Source of the DNA: Bacillota bacterium
GTDB taxonomy: Bacteria; Bacillota; Sulfobacillia; JAJYWN01; JAJZPE01
Direction: 5' to 3'
DNA: 55,050 nt
NCBI GenBank assembly: GCA_021811325.1
Contig: JAJZPE010000005.1
Coordinates: 1 to 55,050, forward strand
Of this stretch, positions 9,205 to 20,649 are shown piece after piece (within the stretch, counting starts at the first letter, position 1; the number at the start of each line of letters is the position of its first letter). The notes under the pieces were generated by a model. It was not told the origin of the DNA. It worked only from the letters and a program-made list of their open reading frames with translations, and ran no database searches. A program made the translations under genes and the position numbers.

Positions 9205-10326
9205 TCACTCCAGATAATCCTTCAGCTTCTTGCTCCGGCTCGGGTGCCGCAGCTTGCGCAGGGCCTTGGCTTCGATCTGCCGGATGCGCTCGCGGGTGAC
9301 CTTGAAGACGTGGCCGACCTCTTCGAGGGTCCGGGCCCGGCCGTCGTCCAGCCCGAAGCGCAGCCGCAGGACATCGCGCTCGCGCGGGGTGAGGGTCGCC
9401 AGGACCTCCTCGAGCTGCTCCTTGAGGAGCATGAAGCTGGCGGCCTCGGCCGGCGCCGGGGCGTCCTCGTCTTCGATGAAGTCGCCGAGGTGGCTGTCCT
9501 CTTCCTCGCCGATGGGCGTCTCGAGGGACACCGGCTCCTGGGCGATCTTCAATATCTCGCGGACACGGTCGACGGAAATCTCCATCTCGGCCGCGATCTC
9601 CTCGGGCAACGGCTCGCGCCCGAGCTTCTGGAGGAGCTGCCGCTGGATGCGGATGAGTTTGTTGATGGTCTCGACCATGTGCACCGGGATGCGGATCGTC
9701 CGGGCCTGGTCGGCGATGGCGCGGGTGATCGCCTGGCGGATCCACCAGGTCGCGTAGGTGCTGAACTTATAGCCCTTGCGATAGTCGAACTTCTCGACCG
9801 CCTTGAGCAAGCCGAGGTTGCCCTCCTGGATGAGGTCCAGGAAGAGCATGCCGCGGCCGACGTACTTCTTGGCGATGGACACGACCAGCCGGAGGTTGGC
9901 TTCGGTCAGGCGGCGCTTGGCCTCTTGGTCCCCGGCCTCGATCCGCTTGGCCAGCTCGACCTCTTCTTCGGCGCTGAGGAGGGGCACCCGGCCGATTTCC
10001 TTGAGGTACATCCGAACGGGGTCGTCGATGGCGACCCCTTCGGGCACGTTCAAATCGACCTCTTCGGGTGCCGCGGCTTCGGCCTCGACCGCCGGTTCGG
10101 CGGTCTCATCGCGCTCGAGAGGCTCCACCGGGCTGCCCTCGGGAACCTCGCCGACGACCTCGATGCCGTCTTCCTCCAGCATTTTGTAGATGTCGTCGAT
10201 CTGGTCGGGGGACAGCTCCTCGTCCTGCAGGGCATCCATGACCTCGTTATAGGTCAGGACGCCCCGCTTCTTGCCTTTGACGAGTAGCTCGCGCACCCCC
10301 GCGCTCTTAGGTTCCTGGCTCTTCAT
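9205..10326 (-). CDS. sigA: Primary RNA polymerase sigma factor
   Basis: [69 protein letters not shown]. It follows dnaG, and ATG 10326 follows AAAGGGG. Confidence 0.97.
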   Translation of the reverse strand: MKSQEPKSAGVRELLVKGKKRGVLTYNEVMDALQDEELSPDQIDDIYKMLEEDGIEVVGEVPEGSPVEPLERDETAEPAVEAEAAAPEEVDLNVPEGVAIDDPVRMYLKEIGRVPLLSAEEEVELAKRIEAGDQEAKRRLTEANLRLVVSIAKKYVGRGMLFLDLIQEGNLGLLKAVEKFDYRKGYKFSTYATWWIRQAITRAIADQARTIRIPVHMVETINKLIRIQRQLLQKLGREPLPEEIAAEMEISVDRVREILKIAQEPVSLETPIGEEEDSHLGDFIEDEDAPAPAEAASFMLLKEQLEEVLATLTPRERDVLRLRFGLDDGRARTLEEVGHVFKVTRERIRQIEAKALRKLRHPSRSKKLKDYLE

Positions 10327-12211
10327 CCGGTTTCCCCTTTCGAACATCAGGCCGTTGGGCCGGCGGGGCGGCCGTGCCCGAGGCTGAACGTAATTGCTGG
10401 AGTCCCAGGTATTCCCGCAGCATGGCTTCGGGAATCGGCCGGCCTTCGCGCTCCAGGCGCCCCATTTCCGCCCGGACGCGTTCGGCCTTGGTCTTGACCG
10501 AGTCTTCGCGGATCCGCTTGAGATAGCCCTGCACCAGTTTATCAGGTTCGCCCGGCGGAGGTTCGGCCATCAGCAGTTCGGCCGCCGCCTCGGCGTGCTC
10601 TTTGTCTTGCAGACGGGCCAGGACCTGCGACGGTTCCAGGGCCGCGGTGGCCGCGGTCTCCTCGCCCAGGATGACCTTGGCCAGGGCTCGCTCGGCCTCG
10701 CCGGAGAAGTCCTCCGGCGCGATGCCCTCGCTCACGAGCGGTCTGAGGTGGGCGTGGTCCACAGCCAACCGCAGGAGTCCCCGCTCAGCCAGCAGGCGGG
10801 CCGAAGGCCGCGCCTTGCCCGCTTTTCCCAGGTCATGCCCATTATTATTCCTGGCCCCGGCTGGAATATACTGGCTGCCGGTCCCGGCCGTGGGGTCTCG
10901 GGTCTGGCGGGTCTTGGCCGCCTTGCGCACCTCTGTCCGTAGCGCTTCCACAGTCAGGCCTAGCTTGGTCGCAAGTTCCTGAATGTATGCCTCTCGCTCG
11001 ACGGCGTTGTCCAGTCCGGCCAGGACGGGAGCCATGGTCGCGGCAATCCCGACCTTGCCCTCCACCGTGGCCGGGTCGCCGGCCTTCATGGCCAGGGCGA
11101 AGCGGTAATCCACGAGGGGCAGGGCCTTGGCCGCCGCCTCCCGGAAGGCCTCCGGGCCGCGCCGGCGGATGAGTTCGTCGGGGTCCTTGCCCTCTTCGAG
11201 GACGGCCACCTTGACCCGGCAGCCGGCCTCGCCGAGAATCTCCAGGCCGCGCAGAGTGGCGCTCTGCCCGGCGGTGTCGGCGTCGTAGGCGATGACCGTC
11301 TCGGGCGCCAGCCGCGAGAGGATGGCCCCCTGGTCGCGGGTGAGGGCCGTCCCTAGGGTGGCCACGACGTTGGTCACGCCGGCCTGGTGGCAGGCGATCG
11401 CGTCCATGTACCCTTCCACCAGGATGGCCCGGCCGTTCTCGCGGATGGCCGGGCGGGCTAGGTTCAAGGCGTAGAGGTTGCGCCCCTTGGCGAAGACCGC
11501 GGTCTCCGGCGAGTTCAGGTACTTGGGGAGGCTGTCGTCGAGGACCCGCCCGCCGAAGGCGATGACCCGCCCGCGGACGTCGAAGATCGGGAAGACCACG
11601 CGGTTGCGGAGGCGGTCGTAGTAGGAGTCGCGCTCGCGGTTCCGGAGGACCAGGCCGGCCCCCTCCATAACCTTCGGCGAAAAGCCCTTGCGAGTTAAGG
11701 CATTGAGCAACAAATCCCAAGCGTCGGGGGCATATCCCAGGCGGAAGCGCTCGACCGTCTCGGCGGTCAGGCCGCGCCCCTTGAGGTACTCCCGGGCGGC
11801 CGCCCCCTGGCGGGACCTCAGCAGGGCCAGGCGGTAGAACTCCGCCGCCAGCTCGAGGGCATTAAGATAGGCCTCGCGTTCCTGGCGCCTCTGGGCTTCC
11901 TCGGGCGAAAGCTCCGGCTCCGGGAGCGGGAGAGCCACGCGTTCCGCCAGCTTGGCCACTGCCTCGGGAAAGGTGAGGTTGTCCCGCTTGATCAGGAAAT
12001 GAAAAACGTTGCCCCCGGCGTGGCAGCCAAAGCAGTAGAACATCTGTTTGTCCGGGGCAACCGAGAACGACGGCGTCTTCTCGTGGTGAAAGGGGCAGAG
12101 CCCGACGAAGTTCTTACCCGTCTTGCGCAGCGCTACATATTCGCCGATAACGTCGACTATGTCGTTGCGCGAGCGGACCTCTTCGATGAACTCGTCGGAG
12201 AGCCCTCTCAC
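10307..12211 (-). CDS. dnaG: DNA primase
   Basis: Zn finger [46 protein letters not shown]. Start is 12211 or 12220. Confidence 0.96.
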   Translation of the reverse strand: MRGLSDEFIEEVRSRNDIVDVIGEYVALRKTGKNFVGLCPFHHEKTPSFSVAPDKQMFYCFGCHAGGNVFHFLIKRDNLTFPEAVAKLAERVALPLPEPELSPEEAQRRQEREAYLNALELAAEFYRLALLRSRQGAAAREYLKGRGLTAETVERFRLGYAPDAWDLLLNALTRKGFSPKVMEGAGLVLRNRERDSYYDRLRNRVVFPIFDVRGRVIAFGGRVLDDSLPKYLNSPETAVFAKGRNLYALNLARPAIRENGRAILVEGYMDAIACHQAGVTNVVATLGTALTRDQGAILSRLAPETVIAYDADTAGQSATLRGLEILGEAGCRVKVAVLEEGKDPDELIRRRGPEAFREAAAKALPLVDYRFALAMKAGDPATVEGKVGIAATMAPVLAGLDNAVEREAYIQELATKLGLTVEALRTEVRKAAKTRQTRDPTAGTGSQYIPAGARNNNGHDLGKAGKARPSARLLAERGLLRLAVDHAHLRPLVSEGIAPEDFSGEAERALAKVILGEETAATAALEPSQVLARLQDKEHAEAAAELLMAEPPPGEPDKLVQGYLKRIREDSVKTKAERVRAEMGRLEREGRPIPEAMLREYLGLQQLRSASGTAAPPAQRPDVRKGKPDEEPGT

Positions 12212-12294
12212 CGTCCCCACATCCTCGCAGCCGTCCTAAGCGCCACGGCGCTCGGACTTTATTACGCTTTCGCGATGACTTCTGTTTTTCCTCC

Positions 12295-13386
12295 CTAGGC
12301 TTCGGACTTCCATGGTGATGGGAAAAAGTGCTTGCTGTGCTGGGAGATGGCATAGCGGTCGGTCATCCCGGCGACGTAATCGCAGGCCAGCCGCCAGGCC
12401 GGGCCGGAACCGGCGTCGGCGTCCTCGGCCCCGGGGATCTCCTCGGGGCGGTCGCGGTAGAACCGGTACAGATTCTGGACCAGTCCCTTGGCCTTCTCCT
12501 CCTCGGCCTTGGCCCCCGAGCCGACGTAGACGTGGCTGAAGAGGAAGGCGCGGAGCTCGTCCAGGGCCGCCGTCACCGGCTCGCTCATGGCGATGGCCGG
12601 GCGGTCGCGGCTGCTCTCGATGACGTCGACGACGAGGCTGTTGATGCGGCGGGCGCGGGTGTCCCCGAGGGCGGCCACCGGGCCGCGCGGGAGGTCGTCC
12701 GGGGTGATTATCCCGCCCCGAACGGCGTCATCGATGTCGTGGTTGACATAAGCAATGCGGTCCGACAGCTTGACCAGCTGGCCCTCGAGGGTGGAGGGCT
12801 GGGGGCCGTCGTCGCGCAGGTCGCCGGTGTGGTGGCGGATGCCGTCGCGGACCTCCCAGGTGAGATTGAGCCCGGACCCCGCCGGGTGGCCGGGTTCGAG
12901 GCGCTCGAGGACGGAGACCACGCGCAGGCTCTGCTCGTTGTGGCGGAAGCGGCCACGCCCGTCGGCCCGCAGGCACTCGTCAAGGACGGCCTCCCCGGTG
13001 TGCCCGAAGGGCGTGTGGCCGAGGTCGTGGCCGAGGGCGATGGCCTCGGTCAGGTCCTCGTTCAGGCGCAGGGCCCGAGCCATGGTCCGGGCGATCTGGG
13101 CGACCTCCAGGGTGTGCGTCAGGCGCGTCCGGTAGTGGTCGCCGGCCACGGCGATGAAGACCTGGGTCTTGTCCTTGAGCCGGCGGAAGGCCTTGGAGTG
13201 GATGATCCGGTCGCGGTCACGCTGAAAGGCCGTGCGGATGGGGCACGGCTCCTCCGGCCGTTCGCGGCCGCGCGAGCGGGCGCTCAGGACGGCGTGGGGC
13301 GACAGGGTCTTCTCCTCGATCTCCTCAGTCGTCAATCGAGGTGCGACGGGCGGTTGTCCGCCCGCTTTGTCGTTCCAGTGGCCCAT
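12295..13386 (-). CDS. dgt: Deoxyguanosinetriphosphate triphosphohydrolase-like protein
   Basis: FQRDRDRIIHSKAFRRLKDKTQVF, RTRLTHTLEV, GHDLGHTPFGH, DYVAGMTD. Confidence 0.92.
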   Translation of the reverse strand: MGHWNDKAGGQPPVAPRLTTEEIEEKTLSPHAVLSARSRGRERPEEPCPIRTAFQRDRDRIIHSKAFRRLKDKTQVFIAVAGDHYRTRLTHTLEVAQIARTMARALRLNEDLTEAIALGHDLGHTPFGHTGEAVLDECLRADGRGRFRHNEQSLRVVSVLERLEPGHPAGSGLNLTWEVRDGIRHHTGDLRDDGPQPSTLEGQLVKLSDRIAYVNHDIDDAVRGGIITPDDLPRGPVAALGDTRARRINSLVVDVIESSRDRPAIAMSEPVTAALDELRAFLFSHVYVGSGAKAEEEKAKGLVQNLYRFYRDRPEEIPGAEDADAGSGPAWRLACDYVAGMTDRYAISQHSKHFFPSPWKSEA

Positions 13387-13519
13387 CTTTCGTTCCCCCG
13401 CATGGACACGTCTGTTCTTAATACTAGCCGCAGGCCCACATTCCTTCCGCGGCTCGAAATTTTGTCCCCGGCGGCCCTTGGCCGCCGCCTTTTCGGGCCA
13501 GCCAGCTGCTCAGATGCAG

Positions 13520-13560
13520 GAAAACCCGGGACCGCATCAAGCGGCCCCGGGGCCTTTTTC
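13520..13560 (-). terminator. Intrinsic terminator after ppdK
   Basis: CCCGGGGCCGC-ttgat-GCGGTCCCGGG followed by TTTT. A T-run on the other side suggests it is bidirectional. Confidence 0.7.
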
Positions 13561-13596
13561 GTCAGCGAGGGTCGGGCGGCTACTCCGCGCGGGGCA

Positions 13597-16281
13597 TCAC
13601 TTGTCTTTCTCCACCTTCGTCCGCTCGGCGATGTTGGCCTGGGCGGCCGCCAGGCGGGCGATGGGCACGCGGAAGGGCGAGCAAGAGACGTAGTCGAGGC
13701 CGGCCCGGTGGCAGAAGTCGATGGACTGCGGGTCACCGCCGTGCTCGCCGCAGATGCCGACCTGCAGGCCCGGGCGGGTGGCCCGGCCGAGCTTGACAGC
13801 CATCTCGACCAGCTTGCCGACGCCGCCCTCGTCGAGGGTGGCGAAGGGATTCGCCGGCAGGATGCCCTTCTGGGTGTAGACCGGGAGGAACTTGGCCTCG
13901 GCGTCGTCGCGCGAGAAGCCGAAGGTCATCTGGGTCAGGTCGTTGGTGCCAAAACTGAAGAACTCGGCCTCGGTGGCGATCTCGTCGGCGGTCAGGGCGG
14001 CCCGCGGGACCTCGATCATCGTCCCAATCATGACGTGCTCGAGGGTCACCCCGGTAGCCTTCTGGACCTCGTCAAGGACCCGTTCGACCATCCCGCGCAG
14101 CAGCTTCAGCTCCTTCACATGGCCGACGAGCGGGATCATCACCTCGGGCCGGGCGTCGACGCCTTCCTTGACGAGCTGCGCCGCGGCCTGGAAGATGGCC
14201 CGGCACTGCATCTCGTAGATCTCCGGATAGACCACGCCGAGGCGGCAGCCGCGGAAGCCCATCATCGGGTTGAACTCGGCCAGGGCGCGGACCTTCTTGA
14301 GCAACTCGTCCTTGCGGGCGATCTCGGCCTCGCCGCCCTTCTCGCCCTTCTCGGCCAGCGTCCGTAGGCGGGCCAGGTCGACGGCAAGCTCCTCGCCGTC
14401 CGGGAGGAACTCGTGGAGCGGGGGATCGAGCAGGCGGATGGTCACCGGCAGCCCCTGCATGGCCTGGAGGATGCCGGAGAAGTCGCCCTGCTGCATCGGC
14501 AGGAGCTTGTCGAGGGCCGTCCGGCGGTCTTTCTCGTTCATGGCCAGGATCATCTCCTGGACCACCGGGAGGCGCTCGGAGGCCATGAACATGTGCTCGG
14601 TCCGGCAGAGGCCGATGCCGCGGGCTCCGAAGTCGCGGGCTTTCTGGGCGTCGCCCGGGGTGTCGGCGTTGGCCCAGACGCCGATCTTCCTGAGCTCGTC
14701 GCACCAGCCGAGGATTTCCCTGAACTCCCCGGACAGCTTCGGGTCGACCAGGGGCACCTCGCCCATGATGACCTGGCCGGTGGCGCCGTCGATGGAGATG
14801 GTGTCGCCCTCGCGGATGGTGGTCCCGCCGACCAGGACCTCCTTGCGGTTGAGGTCGATGCGCAGGGCCTCGCACCCGACCACGCACGGCTTGCCCATGT
14901 GACGGGCGACGATGGCGGCGTGGCAGGTCATCCCGCCGCGGCTGGTCAGGATGCCCTGGGCGGCGATGATCCCGTGGATGTCGTCGGGGGTGGTCTCCGG
15001 TCGGACGAGGAGGACCCGCTGCCCCTTGTCCCCGCGGGCCTGGGCTTCATCGGCGTCGAAGACGACGGCGCCGGAGGCCGCGCCGGGCGAGGCCGGCAGG
15101 CCCTGGGCCATCACCTTCAGCTTGGCCTGGGAGTCGATGCCCCGGTGGAGGAGCTTGGTCAGCTGGTCGGGCTCGATCCGCATGACCGCCTCGGGCTTGC
15201 TTATCTTGCCTTCGTGGACGAGGTCGGCGGCGATCTTCACCGCCGCGGCCGCGGTCCGCTTGCCGGTGCGGGTCTGCAGGGTATAGAGCTTACCGTGCTC
15301 GACGGTGAACTCGATGTCCTGCATGTCGGCGTAATGCCGCTCGAGCAGCTCGCCGACCTCGACCAGGCGCCGATAGGCCTCGGGCAGGTCCTTGGCCAGC
15401 TCGGCGACGGGCTTCGGGGTGCGGATGCCGGCGACGACGTCCTCGCCCTGGGCGTTGGTCAGGTATTCGCCGTAGAGGCCCTTCTCGCCGGTGGCCGGGT
15501 TGCGGGTGAAGATGACGCCCGTGCCCGAGTCGAAGCCGGTGTTCCCGAAGACCATCGCCTGGACGTTGACGGCCGTACCGAGGTCGGCCGGGATGTTGTT
15601 CTGCCTGCGGTAGACGATGGCCCGCTGGTTGTTCCAGGAGGAAAAGACAGCGATGATGGCCATCTCCAGCTGCTCCTTGGGGTCCTGCGGGAAAGGCCGG
15701 CCGGTCTCGCGGAGGACCACGTCCTTGTACTCGCGGACGACGCTCTTCAAGCTGTTGGGAGAGAGCTCGTGGTCGTAGCGGACGCGCTGGTCTTCCTTGT
15801 AGCCCTCGAGGATGCGCTCGAAGTTGTGGATGTCGACCTTGAGGACGACGTTCGAGAACATCTGGATGAAGCGGCGGTAGCAGTCGTAGGCGAAGCGCTC
15901 GTCGTTGGTGTCCCTGGCCACCGCCTGCACCGTCTGGTCGTTGAGGCCGAGGTTGAGGATGGTGTCCATCATGCCGGGCATGGAGAACTTGGCCCCGGAG
16001 CGGACCGAGACCAGGAGCGGGTCCTTCTCCCCGCCGAGCTCTTTGCCCGCCTTCTTCTCGAGGCGGGCCAGCTCCTCGAGGGCGGCCGGCCAGAGTCCCT
16101 CGGGCAGCTTCTCGCCCTGGGCGTAGAAGGCCGTGCAGGCCTCGGTGCTGATGGTGAACCCGGGCGGCACGGGCAACCCGATGTGGGTCATCTCCGCCAG
16201 GTTGGCCCCTTTGCCGCCGAGGAGGTCACGCATCGAAGACCGACCTTCCTCGAAGGGGTAGATGTACTTAACCGCGCTCAT
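13597..16281 (-). CDS. ppdK: Pyruvate, phosphate dikinase
   Basis: LLGGKGANLAEM, SVRSGA..SMPGMMDT, AQGEDVVAG, GGMTCHAAIVAR, GIGLCRTEHMF, FGTNDLTQ, GICGEHGG; 894 aa. Confidence 0.96.
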   Translation of the reverse strand: MSAVKYIYPFEEGRSSMRDLLGGKGANLAEMTHIGLPVPPGFTISTEACTAFYAQGEKLPEGLWPAALEELARLEKKAGKELGGEKDPLLVSVRSGAKFSMPGMMDTILNLGLNDQTVQAVARDTNDERFAYDCYRRFIQMFSNVVLKVDIHNFERILEGYKEDQRVRYDHELSPNSLKSVVREYKDVVLRETGRPFPQDPKEQLEMAIIAVFSSWNNQRAIVYRRQNNIPADLGTAVNVQAMVFGNTGFDSGTGVIFTRNPATGEKGLYGEYLTNAQGEDVVAGIRTPKPVAELAKDLPEAYRRLVEVGELLERHYADMQDIEFTVEHGKLYTLQTRTGKRTAAAAVKIAADLVHEGKISKPEAVMRIEPDQLTKLLHRGIDSQAKLKVMAQGLPASPGAASGAVVFDADEAQARGDKGQRVLLVRPETTPDDIHGIIAAQGILTSRGGMTCHAAIVARHMGKPCVVGCEALRIDLNRKEVLVGGTTIREGDTISIDGATGQVIMGEVPLVDPKLSGEFREILGWCDELRKIGVWANADTPGDAQKARDFGARGIGLCRTEHMFMASERLPVVQEMILAMNEKDRRTALDKLLPMQQGDFSGILQAMQGLPVTIRLLDPPLHEFLPDGEELAVDLARLRTLAEKGEKGGEAEIARKDELLKKVRALAEFNPMMGFRGCRLGVVYPEIYEMQCRAIFQAAAQLVKEGVDARPEVMIPLVGHVKELKLLRGMVERVLDEVQKATGVTLEHVMIGTMIEVPRAALTADEIATEAEFFSFGTNDLTQMTFGFSRDDAEAKFLPVYTQKGILPANPFATLDEGGVGKLVEMAVKLGRATRPGLQVGICGEHGGDPQSIDFCHRAGLDYVSCSPFRVPIARLAAAQANIAERTKVEKDK

Positions 16282-17092
16282 GAGTCTCCCTCCCGTTGAT
16301 CATCTGTAAGATAGCGCCGGCCGTCTCCTCGACGGCCTTGTTGGTGATGTCGATGACCGGGCAGCCGAGCTTCCTCATGATGCCCTTGGCGTACTCGAGT
16401 TCCTCCAGGATACGCTCCCGGCTGGCGTAGGTCGCCCGGTCCGGCAGGCCGAGGGTCTCGAGCCGCACTTCGCGGATGTCGTTGAGGGCGTCTGGGTCGA
16501 TGACCAGCCCGATGACCTTGCCCCGGGGGAGCGCGAAAAGCTCCGGAGGCGGCGGCACCTCGGGTACCAACGGGACGTTGGCCACCTTCAGGCGCTTGTT
16601 GGCCAGGTACATACTGACCGGGGTCTTGGATGTCCGCGAGATGCCGACCAGGACCACGTCGGCCTTCTCCAGACCGCGCGGGTCCAGGCCGTCGTCGTGG
16701 GACACGGCGTACTCGACGGCCTCGATGCGCTGGTAGTAGTCCTCGTCGACGCGGCGGAAGAGCCCGGGCTCCATCCGCGGCAGGCCCCCGGCGACCTCGG
16801 ACAGGGCGGCGAGGGTCGGCCCGAAGAGGTCGACCTGAGGCACGTCCCTGGCCGCGGCCTCGGCCGCGAGGGTCTCGCGCAGCTCCGGGAGGAGCAGGGT
16901 ATGGACGATGGCGCTCCGGCCCCGGGCGGCGGCGCGGGCGACGACCTCGACGATGTGGGCCTTGTCGCCCACGTAAGGCACCCTGATGACCTCGAAGTCC
17001 TCGTTGAACTGGCTCAGGGCGCCCCTGGCGACGAGCTCGGCGGTCTCGCCGATGGAGTCCGAGACGACGAAGACGGCCGCGGATGGGCTCAC
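16268..17092 (-). CDS. PPDK regulatory kinase/pyrophosphorylase (YqfL/PpsR, DUF299)
   Basis: SDSIGETAE, YYQRIEAVEYAVSHDDG, GISRTSKTP, NKAVEETA; coupled to ppdK. Confidence 0.92.
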   Translation of the reverse strand: MSPSAAVFVVSDSIGETAELVARGALSQFNEDFEVIRVPYVGDKAHIVEVVARAAARGRSAIVHTLLLPELRETLAAEAAARDVPQVDLFGPTLAALSEVAGGLPRMEPGLFRRVDEDYYQRIEAVEYAVSHDDGLDPRGLEKADVVLVGISRTSKTPVSMYLANKRLKVANVPLVPEVPPPPELFALPRGKVIGLVIDPDALNDIREVRLETLGLPDRATYASRERILEELEYAKGIMRKLGCPVIDITNKAVEETAGAILQMINGRETHERG

Positions 17093-17149
17093 CTGGTCAC
17101 CCCCCAGTATATACGCCTGATGCTTTAGAATTCCCTCCCAGCTGAGGCC

Positions 17150-19333
17150 TTAGGCCTTGGCCGAAGGTGCCGCGACGAGCTTGGACAGGTCGGCGACGCG
17201 GGTCGCCAGGCCGGACACGGACCGCAGCAGGTTCAGCCGGTTCTCCCTGACCCGCCGGTCGTCGACCATGACCATGACCGCCTCGAAGAAGGCGTCGACG
17301 GCCGGACGGAGCTTGGACAGGCTGCGGAGGAAATCAGTGTAGCGGCCTTCCTTCTCCATGGCCAGGGCTTCGGCGGCCACGGCTTGGTATGCTTCGAGCA
17401 GGCGCGACTCGGCGTCGTGCTCGAAGAGGGCCGGGTCCACCGGGCGCCCGGCCGGGGCCTTGCCGGCCAGGTTGGCCGCGCGGGTGAAGGCCGTGACCAC
17501 GTCGGCGAAGGCTTCCTCGTCGCGGACGACGGCCAGGGCGCGGGCCCGCTCGCCGGCCCCGGCCGGGTCGTCGAACCCGGCCGCCAGGGTCGCCTCGACG
17601 ACGTCGTAGCGCAGGCCGGTCTCGGCCATGGCGTTGGCGACGCGCCCGCGGAGGAAGTCCATCAGGGCCTCGCGCCCTTCGGCGGCCTTCGTGGCCATCT
17701 GGCCGAGGTGCGAGAAGGCCCGGTCGACCAGTTGCCCGAGGGACAGGCGGAAATCGGCGGCCAGGAGGATGGCAACCACGCCCTGGGCCGCGCGGCGCAG
17801 GCCATAAGGGTCCTGCGAGCCGGTCGGGACGAGGCCGATGCCGAAGGCGGCGGCGAGGGTGTCGGTCTTGTCGGCGAGGGCCAGGACCTTGCCGGCCGTC
17901 GTCGCCGGGACCTCGTCGCCGGCAAAGGCCGGGCGGTACTGCTCGCCGATGGCCCGAGCGACGTCCGGGGACTCGCCCGACTTCTCCGCGTAGACCTGGC
18001 CCATGCGGCCCTGCAGTTCGGTGAACTCCTTGACCAGGTTGGTGACGAGGTCGGCCTTGGCCAGGTGGGCCGCCCGGCGGGCCGTCTCGACCAGGCGCGG
18101 GTCGGCTTCGGACAGGGTCCGCACGGCTCCGCCGCCACGGGCCTCCTTGCCGCCCTGGGCAGGCGCCTGGGCGAGTCGGAGGATGTCCGTCACGAGGGCC
18201 TCGAGGCGGCGGGTCTTGTCGCCCATGGTCCCCAGGCGCTCCTGGAAGGCCACGCCGTCGAGCTCGGTGACCCGGTCGGCGAGGGTCCGCCGGAGGTCAT
18301 CGTCGTAGAAGAACTTGGCGTCGGCCAGCCGGGCACGGAGGACCTTCTCGTTGCCTGTCCGGACGACGTCGAGGGCAAAGTCGTCGCCGTTGCGGACGGT
18401 GATGAACAGGGGCGCCAGGTGGCCCTGGTCGTCGAGGACCGGGAAGTAGCGCTGGTGGCGCTTCATCGTCGTCACCAGGACGTCCGCCGGGAGCTGCAGG
18501 TACTCGGGGGCGAAGCGGCCGAGGAGGACCGTCGGGTACTCGACGAGGAAGGTGACCTCGGTCAGGAGGTCCGGGTCCTCGACGACCCGTCCGCCGGCCT
18601 TCGCCGTGACCGCGCGAATCTGGGACAGGATCTGGGCCCGCCGCTCGGCCGGGTCGACGATGACCTGCCCGAGCCGGACGACCGGCAGGTAGTCGGCGGC
18701 CGTCGCCACGCTGAGCGCCCCGGGATGGAGGAAGCGGTGGCCGAAGGTCTCGCGGCCCGAGGTCACGCCGTCGATGCTGAGCTGGACCACGGTCCCGCGG
18801 TAGAGGGCGAGGAGCCACTTGATCGGCCGGACGAAGCGCAGGTCGTGGTCGCCCCAGCGCATCAGCTTCGGCCACTCGAGCGAGGTGAGCAGGCCGGTCA
18901 GGGCCTCGCCGAGGACGTCCTCGGCGGCGCGGCCGGTCACGTGCCTGTGGGCGAAGACGTACTCGCCGCCGGACGCGGCCTTGACGACGAGGTCGGCCGG
19001 GGTCACGCCCTGCGAGCGGGCGAAGCCTTCGGCGGCCCTGGTCGGACGGCCCTCGGGGTCGAAGGCGGCCTTCTTGGCCGGGCCCTTGGCCTCGACCTCG
19101 CGGTCGGCCTGGCGTCCGGCGACCCCGGTGGCCAAGAGGACCAGTCGCCGCGGGGTGGCGTAGGCGAAGACTTCGTGAGCCCCAAGGAGGGTCTCGTCGA
19201 AGAGGGCGCGGCCGCGGGTCTCCAGTTGCTCAACGGCCGCGGGGAGAAAGCGGGCCGGCATCTCCTCGGTCCCGACCTCGAAGACAAAGTCGGCCGGTCC
19301 GCTCGGGACGCGGCGCACGTTGTTCTCAGCCAC
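17150..19333 (-). CDS. glyS: Glycine-tRNA ligase beta subunit
   Basis: [53 protein letters not shown]. Confidence 0.95.
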   Translation of the reverse strand: MAENNVRRVPSGPADFVFEVGTEEMPARFLPAAVEQLETRGRALFDETLLGAHEVFAYATPRRLVLLATGVAGRQADREVEAKGPAKKAAFDPEGRPTRAAEGFARSQGVTPADLVVKAASGGEYVFAHRHVTGRAAEDVLGEALTGLLTSLEWPKLMRWGDHDLRFVRPIKWLLALYRGTVVQLSIDGVTSGRETFGHRFLHPGALSVATAADYLPVVRLGQVIVDPAERRAQILSQIRAVTAKAGGRVVEDPDLLTEVTFLVEYPTVLLGRFAPEYLQLPADVLVTTMKRHQRYFPVLDDQGHLAPLFITVRNGDDFALDVVRTGNEKVLRARLADAKFFYDDDLRRTLADRVTELDGVAFQERLGTMGDKTRRLEALVTDILRLAQAPAQGGKEARGGGAVRTLSEADPRLVETARRAAHLAKADLVTNLVKEFTELQGRMGQVYAEKSGESPDVARAIGEQYRPAFAGDEVPATTAGKVLALADKTDTLAAAFGIGLVPTGSQDPYGLRRAAQGVVAILLAADFRLSLGQLVDRAFSHLGQMATKAAEGREALMDFLRGRVANAMAETGLRYDVVEATLAAGFDDPAGAGERARALAVVRDEEAFADVVTAFTRAANLAGKAPAGRPVDPALFEHDAESRLLEAYQAVAAEALAMEKEGRYTDFLRSLSKLRPAVDAFFEAVMVMVDDRRVRENRLNLLRSVSGLATRVADLSKLVAAPSAKA

Positions 19334-20294
19334 GGGCCTTCCCTCCCTTGTCCTCAGTGGCGGCCGCGGCGGGCGCCGTGACGCTCGCCGCGGCGCTCCC
19401 GCCGAACTTGCCGATGAGCGGGAAGCCCATCTCCTCGCGCTTCTTGAGCCACGCCTGGGCGCAGGCGCGGGCCAGGGCCCGGATTCGCCCCAGGTACCCG
19501 GTGCGCTCGGTGACGCTGATGGCCCCCCGGGCCTCGAGGACGTTGAACGTGTGCGAGCACTTCAGGACAAAGTCATAGGTCGGCAGGATGAGGCCGCGCT
19601 CCAGGGTCCGCTTGGCCTCCTGCTCGTAGAGGTCGTACAGAGTGACCAGCGTCTTGACGTCGGCGACCTCGAAGCTATAGACCGAATGCTCGTACTCGGC
19701 CCGCTTGAAGACGTCGCCGTAGGTCAGGTCGTCGACCCAGACGATGTCGAAGAGGTTCTCCTTGTCCTGCAGGTAGCCGGTGAGGCGCTCGAGGCCGTAG
19801 GTCATCTCCACCGAGACCGGCCGGGTCTCGAACCCGCCGACCTGCTGGAAGTAGGTGAACTGGCTTATCTCCAGGCCGTCGAGCCAGACCTCCCAGCCCG
19901 TACCGGCCGCGCCGAGGGTCGGGGCCTCCCAGTTGTCCTCGACGAAGCGGATGTCGTGCCGGCGGGCGTCAATGCCCAGGGCGGTCAGGCTCTGCAGGTA
20001 GACCTCCTGGACGTCGTCGGGCGACGGCTTGAGGATGACCTGGAACTGGTGATGCTGGTAGAACCGGTTGGGGTTCTCGCCGTAGCGGGCGTCGGCCGGG
20101 CGGCGCGACGGCTCGACGTAGGCCACCCGCCAGGGCTCGGGGCCGATGGCCCGGAAGAAGCTCATCGGGTTCATCGTCCCGGCCCCCTTCTCGACGTCGT
20201 ACGGCTGCCCGACGAGGCAACCCCGGTCCTGCCAGAACTGACTGAGGGTCAGGAAGACCTCTTGAAAGGTCAGGGCGTGTTGTTTTCTTGACAC
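19326..20294 (-). CDS. glyQ: Glycine-tRNA ligase alpha subunit
   Basis: [49 protein letters not shown]. Confidence 0.97.
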   Translation of the reverse strand: MSRKQHALTFQEVFLTLSQFWQDRGCLVGQPYDVEKGAGTMNPMSFFRAIGPEPWRVAYVEPSRRPADARYGENPNRFYQHHQFQVILKPSPDDVQEVYLQSLTALGIDARRHDIRFVEDNWEAPTLGAAGTGWEVWLDGLEISQFTYFQQVGGFETRPVSVEMTYGLERLTGYLQDKENLFDIVWVDDLTYGDVFKRAEYEHSVYSFEVADVKTLVTLYDLYEQEAKRTLERGLILPTYDFVLKCSHTFNVLEARGAISVTERTGYLGRIRALARACAQAWLKKREEMGFPLIGKFGGSAAASVTAPAAAATEDKGGKARG

Positions 20295-20354
20295 GGTTTT
20301 CTCCCCTCGCGCGCGGATTGTGGCCAGATGTGGCCGGTACGTTGCGGCCCCGGG

Positions 20355-20572
20355 CCCACAGAGACGAATCCCGTCTCCGGGCGGCGGCTTCGCTGCCCAG
20401 GGACGGGATTAGTGTTCCCGCGGTTCCACCCTGGTTGGCCGGGGCTGAGCCCCGACCCCCTCTTCTTGCCCGAGCTACCGAGCGCCTCCCCGGGGGCGCC
20501 GCGCCGGTTCGCACCGACCACCGGCTCTCTTCGAGCGGCCCGCTCCGGGTACCCTTCTCGGTCATCGCCCGA
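20355..20572 (-). ncRNA. Glycine T-box leader
   Basis: Stem I start GCGATGACCGAGAAGGGTA, then GAGAGCCGGTGGTCGGTGCGAACCGG. GGC (Gly) specifier at 20486-20484, T-box AACCAGGGTGGAACCGCG (20436-20419) and terminator stem TCCCGTC..GACGGGA. Confidence 0.9.
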
Positions 20573-20595
20573 TTGGTCTTTCCAAGCACGCTTTT

Positions 20596-20624
20596 AATCT
20601 ACCAGATTCGCCGGGGGTTGTCAA
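20596..20624 (-). promoter_or_regulatory. sigA-type promoter of the glyQS leader
   Basis: TTGACA-N17-TAGATT with extended TG. Confidence 0.8.
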
Positions 20625-20649
20625 AAGCGCGAGGGCTGTGGCCCTTCGC

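Noticed and set aside
14910-14945. PPDK phospho-His motif reads TCH rather than the usual TSH
   Set aside because: The regulatory Thr and catalytic His are intact, and TCH occurs in related PEP-utilising enzymes.
17093-17149. No ccpN between glyS and the PPDK regulator (and no nfeD/floA after yqeY)
   Set aside because: These genes are variably present across Bacillota, so their absence is not informative by itself.
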